From positions 1-62,515 of the forward strand of contig JBFKKR010000003.1 in NCBI GenBank assembly GCA_041682035.1: a DNA stretch of 62,515 nucleotides, in the 5' to 3' direction. Below, piece by piece: positions 52,810 to 62,515 of the stretch. How positions within the stretch are numbered: the first letter of the stretch is position 1; every line of letters starts with the position of its first letter. A program made the position numbers and the translations under genes. The stretch is from Pseudomonadales bacterium. GTDB taxonomy: Bacteria; Pseudomonadota; Gammaproteobacteria; Pseudomonadales; JBFGWM01. Under the pieces are notes generated by a model. It worked only from the letters and a program-made list of their open reading frames with translations, had not been told where the DNA came from and ran no database searches.

Positions 52810-53724
52810 ATGCCGGCACTCCACACCATGCTGTACGAAACCGACGGTCCGATCGCGCGGATCACGCTCAACCGGCCCGCACGGGGCAACGGCATCACCA
52901 TGGACCTGCCGCGTGAACTGGCCTGGTGCGTCGAGCAGGCGGACCTCGACCCGGGAATCCACGTCATCGCGCTGGCCGGCAACGGCAGCGGCTTCTGCGG
53001 CGGCTATGACCTGGTGGACTCCGCCGAGGCGCAGACGCTGGACCAGGGCCGCGACGACCTGCCGGCCGGCTCGCCGCTCGACAGCCGCGTGCAGGCGGAG
53101 AATCACCGGCCCGGCGGCACCTGGGACCCGACCGTCGATTACGCGATGATGAGCCGGAACGTGCGCGGCTTCATGAGCCTGTTCCACGCCAACAAGCCGG
53201 TGGTTTGCAAGGTGCACGGGTTCTGCGTCGCCGGCGGTACCGACATGGCACTGTGCTCGGATCTCCTCGTCATCGCCGATGACGCCAAGATCGGCTATCC
53301 GCCGGCGCGGGTGTGGGGTTCGCCCACCACCGCCATATGGGCCTACCGGATCGGTATCGAGAAAGCCAAGCGCCTGCTGTTCACCGGCGACTGCCTGTCC
53401 GGGCGCGAGGCGCAGGAATGGGGCCTGGCGATCGAGTCGGCGCCGCCCGAGAAACTCGACGAACGCTTCGAGATCCTCCTCGGCCGCATCGCCCGTATGC
53501 CGGTGAACCAGCTCGTCATGATGAAGTTGCTGCTCAACCAGACCATCATGCAGCAGGGGCTGCACACCACGCAGGTGCTCGGCACGGTCTTCGACGGCAT
53601 CACCCGTCACACGAAAGAGGGTTACGCGTTCCAGCAGTCCGCGATGAAAAATGGTTTCAAGGAAGCAGTACGCGAACGCGACGAGCCATTCGGGGATTTT
53701 GGCCTGTCAACGTTCAAGGGTTGA
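52810..53724 (+). CDS. Crotonase family protein with an inserted loop
   Basis: 304 aa containing IARITLNRPARGNGIT, LAGNGSGFCGGYDL and VCKVHGFCVAGGTDMALCSD. A roughly 50-aa insertion lies between the first and second oxyanion-hole segments. Uses an internal start of ORF 52507..53724. Confidence 0.8.
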   Translation: MPALHTMLYETDGPIARITLNRPARGNGITMDLPRELAWCVEQADLDPGIHVIALAGNGSGFCGGYDLVDSAEAQTLDQGRDDLPAGSPLDSRVQAENHRPGGTWDPTVDYAMMSRNVRGFMSLFHANKPVVCKVHGFCVAGGTDMALCSDLLVIADDAKIGYPPARVWGSPTTAIWAYRIGIEKAKRLLFTGDCLSGREAQEWGLAIESAPPEKLDERFEILLGRIARMPVNQLVMMKLLLNQTIMQQGLHTTQVLGTVFDGITRHTKEGYAFQQSAMKNGFKEAVRERDEPFGDFGLSTFKG

Positions 53725-53740
53725 TAGTGCGTCGAAAGCC

Positions 53741-53777
53741 GTAGGTCGGACTTCAGTCTGTGCCCATGATGGGCGCG
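53741..53777. repeat. REP-like hairpin element (copy C) in the crotonase/glmS convergent gap
   Basis: GTAGGTCGGACTTCAGTCTG, followed by the palindrome GCCCATgATGGGC. Shares the core ACTTCAGTCTG with copy B2. Confidence 0.65.
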
Positions 53778-53778
53778 A

Positions 53779-55608
53779 CTACTCGACCGTAACCGACTTG
53801 GCCAGGTTGCGGGGCTGGTCGACGTCGGTGCCCTTGAGTACGGCGACGTGGTAGCTGAGCAACTGCAACGGCAGCGTGTACAGCAGCGCCTCCAGCTCGG
53901 TTTCGACGTGCGGCAGCTCGATCACCCGGCAGCCCTCGCTTTCCTCCAGCCCGGCCGCCTTGTCCGCGAACACGAACAGCTCCCCGCCGCGCGCACGCAC
54001 TTCCTGCAGGTTGGATTTCAGTTTCTCCAGCAGTTCGTTGTTGGGGGCCACGGTCACCACCGGCATGTCGTGGTCGACCAGCGCCAGTGGGCCGTGCTTG
54101 AGCTCACCGGCCGGGTAGGCCTCGGCGTGGATGTAGGAGATCTCCTTGAGCTTCAGCGCGCCCTCCATGGCGATGGGGTAGAGCGGGCCACGACCAAGGA
54201 ACAGGGTGTGGTGTTTCTCGGCGAAATGTTCCGAGGTGGCGCGGATGCGATCGTCCAGCGTCAGGACGTTGCGCATCTGCTGCGGCAGCGCGCGCAGCGC
54301 GTTCACGATACGCGCCTCGTCCTTCCGGTCGAGGCCATGCCGGCGCCCGAGCACGAGCGTCAGCAGCATCAGGCCGGTCAGTTGCGTCGTGAAAGCCTTG
54401 GTGGAGGCCACGCCGATCTCCGGGCCGGCCATGGTCATCAGCGCGAGGTCGGACTCGCGCACCAGCGAACTGCTCGGCACGTTGCAGATGGTGAGGCTGG
54501 CGAGATAGCCACGGTTCTTCGCGTCGCGCAGCGCGGCCAGCGTGTCCGCGGTCTCGCCGGACTGCGAGATGGTGAGGAACAGGGAATCGGGCAGCACCAC
54601 GGACTCGCGGTACCGGAACTCGCTCGCCACTTCCACCAGGCAGGGAATGCCGACCAGTGATTCGATCCAGTACTTCGCCACCAGGCCGGCGTGGTAGCTG
54701 GTGCCGCAGGCGATGACCTGCACCGCCTTCACCCGGTCGAAGATGGCCCGGGCTTTCTCACCGAAGGCATTCTCCAGCACGTGGTCCGCGCTGATGCGAC
54801 CGGTCAGGCAGGCATCGATGACGTCCGGCTGCTCGTGGATTTCCTTGAGCATGTAGTGGCGGTAACCGCCACGGTCGGCGGCGTCGACACCGTGCTCGAA
54901 GACGTGCGTGCTGCGCTCCACCGCTGCGCCTTCCGCATTGGTGATCGACAGGCTCTCCGGCGTGAGTTCGGCAAAGTCTCCGTCATCGAGGAACACGAAC
55001 CGGTCGGTCACGTGCAGCAGCGCCAGCTGGTCCGAGGCGATGAAGTTCTCACCCATGCCCAGGCCGATGATCAGCGGGCTGCCCTTGCGGGCGGCGATCA
55101 TCGTTCCGGGATGCGCGGTATGCAGCAGCGCCACGGCATAGGCCCCCTCGCAGCGCAGCAGTGCGCGGCGCACCGCGGCGAGCAGGTCCTGGTCCTGCTG
55201 GTATTCCTTATGCACGAGGTGCGCGATGGTCTCCGTATCCGTCTCGGAGGTGAAGGTGTAACCTGCCGCCTGCAGTTCCTCGCGCAGGCTCTCGTAGTTC
55301 TCGATGATGCCGTTGTGCACCACGGCCACCTCGCCGGAGACATGCGGGTGCGCGTTGGCCTCCACCGGCGGACCGTGCGTGGCCCAGCGCGTGTGGGCGA
55401 TACCGCAGAAGCCGGCAAGTGGCTCCTGCGCGAGCGCGGATTCCAGTTCCGCCACCTTGCCGCTGCGACGGACCCGGTGCAGCGTCCCGGCCTCGTCGGT
55501 GATGGCGACGCCGGCCGAATCGTAGCCGCGGTATTCCAGACGGTGCAGCCCCTCCACCAGGATGGCACTGACCTTGCGCGCCGCAGTGGCGCCGACGATT
55601 CCACACAT
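53779..55608 (-). CDS. glmS: Glutamine--fructose-6-phosphate aminotransferase
   Basis: N-terminus MCGIVGA (catalytic Cys2), SIS domains, and C-terminal NLAKSVTVE. Confidence 0.96.
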   Translation of the reverse strand: MCGIVGATAARKVSAILVEGLHRLEYRGYDSAGVAITDEAGTLHRVRRSGKVAELESALAQEPLAGFCGIAHTRWATHGPPVEANAHPHVSGEVAVVHNGIIENYESLREELQAAGYTFTSETDTETIAHLVHKEYQQDQDLLAAVRRALLRCEGAYAVALLHTAHPGTMIAARKGSPLIIGLGMGENFIASDQLALLHVTDRFVFLDDGDFAELTPESLSITNAEGAAVERSTHVFEHGVDAADRGGYRHYMLKEIHEQPDVIDACLTGRISADHVLENAFGEKARAIFDRVKAVQVIACGTSYHAGLVAKYWIESLVGIPCLVEVASEFRYRESVVLPDSLFLTISQSGETADTLAALRDAKNRGYLASLTICNVPSSSLVRESDLALMTMAGPEIGVASTKAFTTQLTGLMLLTLVLGRRHGLDRKDEARIVNALRALPQQMRNVLTLDDRIRATSEHFAEKHHTLFLGRGPLYPIAMEGALKLKEISYIHAEAYPAGELKHGPLALVDHDMPVVTVAPNNELLEKLKSNLQEVRARGGELFVFADKAAGLEESEGCRVIELPHVETELEALLYTLPLQLLSYHVAVLKGTDVDQPRNLAKSVTVE

Positions 55609-55637
55609 GCCTGTTTCCGCCGTTTCTCAGATGCTGG

Positions 55638-56999
55638 TCATTTCTTTTTCGGCCGCTCCCAGTTGGCGACCTCTTTCTGGCGGCCACGCGCCACCGCGAG
55701 ACTGCCCGTGGAGACATCCCGCGTGATCGTCGATCCCGCGCCCACCGTGGCGCCCCTGCCGATCCGCACGGGCGCGACGAGTGCGGAATTCGAACCGACG
55801 AACACGTCTTCCTCGATTTCCGTACGGTGCTTGTTCGCGCCATCGTAGTTGCAGGTGATGGTGCCCGCGCCGATGTTCGAACGCGCACCGACACTGGCGT
55901 CGCCCACGTAGGTGAGGTGGTTGATCTTCGCGTCTTCGCACACCGTGGCGTTTTTCGTTTCCACGAAGTTGCCGACCCTGGCACCATCATGCAACCGGGT
56001 TCCTGGCCGCAGCCGTGCGAAGGGGCCGACCGTGCAGCCGGCGCCGATCTCGCACTGCTCCAGCACGCAGTTCTCCAGCACCCGCGAACCGGCGCCGATG
56101 ACCACGTCGCGCAGCGTGGAGTGCGCGCCGATGCGGGCGCCCGGACCGATCGACACCGCGCCCTCGAGTATTACGTTGATGTCGATCTCGACATCTTCCC
56201 CGACCGTGACCTCACCGCGCACGTCGAGACGCGCCGGATCGATCAGCGCAGCGCCGGCGCGCATCAGTTTTTCCGCGGCGCGGGCCTGGTACCAGCGCTC
56301 CAGTTCAGCCAGTTGCACACGGTCGTTCGCGCCCTGCACCTCGGCGACGGTGTCCGGGTGCACACTGCGTACCCGCAGGCCATCAGCCGCCGCCATCGCG
56401 ATGATGTCCGTGAGGTAGTACTCGCCCTGCGCGTTTTCGTTGGAAAGCCTGGGCAGCCATGCATGCAGGCACGAGGATTTCACCGCGAGGATGCCGGTGT
56501 TGACCTCGTGGATGGCGAGTTGCTCCGCACTGGCGTCCTTGTGCTCGACGATGCCCACGATGTTGCCGCCGGGTTCGCGCACGATGCGGCCGTATCCGCC
56601 CGGGTCGTCCATCTGCACGGTCAACAGGGCCATATGCGCATCATCGACGAGATCGACCAGCGCGGACAGTGTCTCGGTGCGGGTCAGGGGTACGTCCCCG
56701 TACAGGATGAGCGCGACGGATTCGGCGCCGAGGTCCGGCAGTACCTGCTTCACCGCGTGGCCGGTGCCCAGCTGCTCGCGCTGCATGACCCAGTTGACGC
56801 GCGGGGCCTCGATCCGGGCCTGCACCTGTTCCGCGCCATGCCCGATGACAATGTGGATGACGCTGGCCTGCAGTTCGGCGGCGCGGTCGACGACGTGCGC
56901 CAGCATGGGGCGGCCGGCGACCCGGTGCAGCACCTTGGGCAGGGACGAGCGCATCCGCGTTCCCTTGCCGGCAGCAAGCACGATGACTTCCAGGTTCAT
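55638..56999 (-). CDS. glmU: Bifunctional UDP-N-acetylglucosamine pyrophosphorylase / glucosamine-1-phosphate N-acetyltransferase
   Basis: MNLEVIVLAAGKGTRMRS, with C-terminal hexapeptide repeats. Uses an internal start of ORF 55638..57026. Confidence 0.95.
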   Translation of the reverse strand: MNLEVIVLAAGKGTRMRSSLPKVLHRVAGRPMLAHVVDRAAELQASVIHIVIGHGAEQVQARIEAPRVNWVMQREQLGTGHAVKQVLPDLGAESVALILYGDVPLTRTETLSALVDLVDDAHMALLTVQMDDPGGYGRIVREPGGNIVGIVEHKDASAEQLAIHEVNTGILAVKSSCLHAWLPRLSNENAQGEYYLTDIIAMAAADGLRVRSVHPDTVAEVQGANDRVQLAELERWYQARAAEKLMRAGAALIDPARLDVRGEVTVGEDVEIDINVILEGAVSIGPGARIGAHSTLRDVVIGAGSRVLENCVLEQCEIGAGCTVGPFARLRPGTRLHDGARVGNFVETKNATVCEDAKINHLTYVGDASVGARSNIGAGTITCNYDGANKHRTEIEEDVFVGSNSALVAPVRIGRGATVGAGSTITRDVSTGSLAVARGRQKEVANWERPKKK

Positions 57000-57024
57000 T
57001 TCGGACGGGGCTCCTCTCAGGTAC

Positions 57025-57056
57025 AAAAAAGGGTAGCACCGAGGCTACCCTTTTTC
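57025..57056 (-). terminator. Intrinsic terminator downstream of atpC
   Basis: The plus strand reads aaaaaaGGGTAGCaccgagGCTACCCttttt. The hairpin has flanking A/T tracts and lies between the atpC stop and the glmU start. Confidence 0.75.
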
Positions 57057-57087
57057 GAAAATGTCCGGCCCTGTGCGGCCCCGCTGC

Positions 57088-57516
57088 TCAGCCGCGGCCC
57101 ATTTTCTTCTTCAGCTGCTGCACGGCGCGCAGTTGCGCGGCGGCCTCCGCCAGCATGCCGGCGGCGCGGGAGTAATCGAACTCGCCTTCCTGGTCATGCA
57201 GGGCGGCCTCAGCCTTCTTGCGCGCTTCGAGTGCCGAGGCCTCGTCCACGTCTGCCGCGCGCAGCGCGGTATCGGCCAGGATGGTGACAACGGAAGGCTG
57301 CACTTCCAGGAATCCGCCGGATACGTAGTAGACCTCTTCTTCACCGCCCTGGCGGATGACGCGCACCGGCCCGGGCTTCAGTTCCGTCAGCAGCGGGGCA
57401 TGACCCGGCGCGATGCCGAGATCCCCCAGGCTGCCGGTGGCCACGATCATCTCCACCAGTCCGGAAAAGATCTCCTTCTCGGCGCTGACGATATCGCAAT
57501 GCACGCTTATACCCAT
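57088..57516 (-). CDS. atpC: F0F1 ATP synthase subunit epsilon
   Basis: 142 aa beginning [19 protein letters not shown], located downstream of atpD. Confidence 0.93.
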   Translation of the reverse strand: MGISVHCDIVSAEKEIFSGLVEMIVATGSLGDLGIAPGHAPLLTELKPGPVRVIRQGGEEEVYYVSGGFLEVQPSVVTILADTALRAADVDEASALEARKKAEAALHDQEGEFDYSRAAGMLAEAAAQLRAVQQLKKKMGRG

Positions 57517-57550
57517 ATTGGCTGTCTCTCGGTGATCGCTGGCCGGTGGC

Positions 57551-58960
<1,410 letters not shown>

Positions 58961-59824
58961 TTAACTGATCGCGGCGGCGCCGCCGACGATCTCGGAAATT
59001 TCCTGGGTGATGGCGGCCTGCCGCGCCTTGTTGTAGACCAGTTGCAATTCCTCGATGAGGTCACCGGCGTTGTCGGTCGCGCTCTTCATCGCGACCATGC
59101 GCGCAGCCTGCTCGCAGGCGTTGTTCTCGACCACCGCCTGGTACACCACCGATTCGACGTAGCGCACCATCAGGCCGTCGATGATCGGTTTCGCCTCGGG
59201 CTCGTACAGGTAGTCCCAGTGGTGGGCGAGGTCGTCGTTGTCCTCGGGCACCAGTGGCAGCAGCTGCTCCACGGTCGGCGCCTGCGTCATGGTGTTCACG
59301 AAGCGGTTGGAGACCACGTACAGGCGCTGGATCTCACCGGACTCGAAATGGTCCAGCATGATCTTGATGCCGCCCACCAGGTCGTTCAGCGCGGGTTCGT
59401 CACCGATCTGCGTCATCACCGCCTGGATGTTGCCGCCGACCGACTTGAAAAAGGACACGGCCTTGCCGCCGATCACCGAAAGCTCGCTTTCGACCCCGGC
59501 ATCCTTGTATTCCTTCATCTTGCGGACGAGCGCCTTGAACAGGTTGATGTTCAGGCCGCCGCACAGACCACGGTCGGTCGAGACGAGCACGAAGCCGACC
59601 TTCTTCACCTCGCCGGACTGCAGGAACAGGTGTTCGTACTCCGGGTTCGCGTTCGCGAGGTGGCCGATCACCGAGCGGATGCGGTCCGCGTAGGGACGCC
59701 CGGCCGACATCCGCATCTGCGCCTTGCGCATCTTGCTGGCAGCGACCAGCTCCATGGCGCTGGTGATCTTCTGCGTATTCTTGATCGAGGCGATCTTGCC
59801 GCGAACTTCTTTCGCACCGGACAT
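58961..59824 (-). CDS. atpG: F0F1 ATP synthase subunit gamma
   Basis: 287 aa containing [23 protein letters not shown] and a C-terminal [14 protein letters not shown]. Confidence 0.96.
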   Translation of the reverse strand: MSGAKEVRGKIASIKNTQKITSAMELVAASKMRKAQMRMSAGRPYADRIRSVIGHLANANPEYEHLFLQSGEVKKVGFVLVSTDRGLCGGLNINLFKALVRKMKEYKDAGVESELSVIGGKAVSFFKSVGGNIQAVMTQIGDEPALNDLVGGIKIMLDHFESGEIQRLYVVSNRFVNTMTQAPTVEQLLPLVPEDNDDLAHHWDYLYEPEAKPIIDGLMVRYVESVVYQAVVENNACEQAARMVAMKSATDNAGDLIEELQLVYNKARQAAITQEISEIVGGAAAIS

Positions 59825-59859
59825 GAAACGATCCTATCCCAGGTTTGCGGTTCGATGGC

Positions 59860-61404
<1,545 letters not shown>

Positions 61405-61427
61405 GATCTGGGCCTATAAAACAATAA

Positions 61428-61964
61428 TTAGTTGAGAATGGTTTCGGCGAGCCGGCCGAGCCGGCCGCGGATGGTGCCGTCAATGACCTTGTCGCCGGCA
61501 TGGATCAGCACGCCGCCGATCAGCTGGCTGTCCACGTCGGCCTCGATGTGTACCTTTCGGTTCAGGCGTGCCTCGAGCTTTTCCCGCAGCGTCTCGAGCT
61601 GCGCCGGGGTCAGCGGGTAGGCGGACACCGCGCGCACCTGCACGGCCTGCTCGTGTTCAGCGCGCAGGCGCTCGAACACCTCGTGTATCTCCGGGAGCAG
61701 CGCCAGCCGGCCGTTCGACGAGAGCAGGTGCACGAAATTCCGCATGCCTTCGTCGGCGCCGTCGCCGGTCAGTTCCAGCAGGATCTCGGCACGCCGCTGC
61801 GGCAAGGTCGCCGGGCTGCGGCACGCGGAGCGGACCGTCGGCTCAAGCATCAATCCCGCGAGCAGCGCCAACTTGCCGGACCAGGAGTCCAGCCCGTGGC
61901 CCGCCAGGGCGAACTCGAATGCCGCACGCGCGTAGGGCCTTGCCAGGGTGAGTGTTTCAGCCAT
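61428..61964 (-). CDS. atpH: F0F1 ATP synthase subunit delta
   Basis: 178 aa beginning MAETLTLARPYARAAFEFA, in the expected operon position. Confidence 0.93.
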   Translation of the reverse strand: MAETLTLARPYARAAFEFALAGHGLDSWSGKLALLAGLMLEPTVRSACRSPATLPQRRAEILLELTGDGADEGMRNFVHLLSSNGRLALLPEIHEVFERLRAEHEQAVQVRAVSAYPLTPAQLETLREKLEARLNRKVHIEADVDSQLIGGVLIHAGDKVIDGTIRGRLGRLAETILN

Positions 61965-61977
61965 CGCTCACTATTCC

Positions 61978-62448
61978 TCAGAGCCCCGCCGCCAGCTTGT
62001 CGAGGTAGGCGCCATGGGCCTGGGCGTCGACGTTCTCCTCGAGCACCTTGGAGGCGCCCGCGATAACCAGCGCCGCGACCTGCCCGCGCAGCTCCTCGCG
62101 GGCGCGGTTCATCTGCTGCTCGATCTCGGACTCCGCCGCAGCCTTGACCTTGCCGGCCTCGACCAGGGCCTGCGTCTTGGCTTCCTCGACGATCTGGTTC
62201 GCGCGGCGATTCGCCTGCTCCAGGATCTCGGCCGCTTCCGCCTTGGCCTGGCGCAGCTGTTCACCGACTTTTTCCTGCGCCAGTTCGAGGTCGCGCTCGG
62301 CACGGCGTGAAGCTTCCAGTCCGGCCGCGATGCGCTCCTGCCGTTCCCGCAGGGCGGCGATCACCGGCGGCCATACGTACTTCATGCAGAACATCACGAA
62401 GACGATGAAGCCGATCGACTGGCCGATCAGGGTCAGGTTCAAATTCAT
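61978..62448 (-). CDS. atpF: F0F1 ATP synthase subunit b
   Basis: 156 aa with an N-terminal TM ([28 protein letters not shown]) followed by a long charged helix. Confidence 0.93.
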   Translation of the reverse strand: MNLNLTLIGQSIGFIVFVMFCMKYVWPPVIAALRERQERIAAGLEASRRAERDLELAQEKVGEQLRQAKAEAAEILEQANRRANQIVEEAKTQALVEAGKVKAAAESEIEQQMNRAREELRGQVAALVIAGASKVLEENVDAQAHGAYLDKLAAGL

Positions 62449-62476
62449 GGCTTGCCTCCCGTCAGGTCAGCTGCGT

Positions 62477-62515
62477 TTAACCGAGCAGACCGATGAACGG
62501 ATTCGCAAAGGTGAA
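62477..62515 (-). CDS. atpE: F0F1 ATP synthase subunit c, C-terminal 12 codons (gene runs off window end)
   Basis: Manual reverse translation gives ...FTFANPFIGLLG followed by a stop. The position upstream of atpF supports the call. Confidence 0.75.
   Translation of the reverse strand, partial: FTFANPFIGLLG

Noticed and set aside
55609-55637. A glmS ribozyme or other riboswitch near glmS.
   Set aside because: The glmU-glmS gap is only 29 nt and the genes are co-oriented. The glmS ribozyme is characteristic of Gram-positive bacteria, and there is no room for a structured element here.

Overview
This is a GC-rich, tightly packed chromosomal segment that looks gammaproteobacterial. I support about 60 protein genes and no rRNA, tRNA, CRISPR array, transposase, integrase or phage gene.

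Nearly everything is core housekeeping. From memory, the gene order is largely collinear with the oriC-proximal region of Pseudomonas:
- ftsE-ftsY, with a divergent M16 peptidase pair, rsmD and a hydrolase
- coaD and ggt, then mutM
- rpmBG, radC, coaBC, dut, algC, argB, slmA
- pyrE, xthA, rph, yicC, gmk, rpoZ, spoT, ridA, recG
- rubredoxin reductase and rubredoxin, then ubiCA
- phoBR convergent with pstSCAB-phoU
- a TRAP transporter, uvrD, two crotonases
- glmS, glmU, and the atp operon (atpC to atpE, cut at the window edge)

Most long ORFs in the track are antisense shadows typical of high-GC DNA. One real gene, rpmG (51 aa), is missing from the track because it is short.

I found no clear self-contained novel multi-gene system such as a defence island or mobile element. 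The items most worth a second look are:
- an AlgC-type phosphomannomutase with an N-terminal extension of about 370 aa (two transmembrane segments, a periplasmic domain and a Pro-rich linker)
- PstC and PstA carrying very large extra-membrane domains
- a split, convergently arranged TRAP transporter (dctQM-thioesterase facing an orphan PAS kinase, dctP and uvrD), with dctP only 10 nt downstream of uvrD, which has an SOS-box-like site upstream
- an ExoIII-family gene at the pyrE/rph position where Pseudomonas encodes Crc, with the nuclease catalytic residues retained
- an orphan hydantoinase-A-like gene that lacks any canonical start codon
- a REP-like hairpin repeat family confined to three convergent gene junctions

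Pho boxes upstream of pstS and phoB, a LexA-like box and several intrinsic terminators are readable directly.
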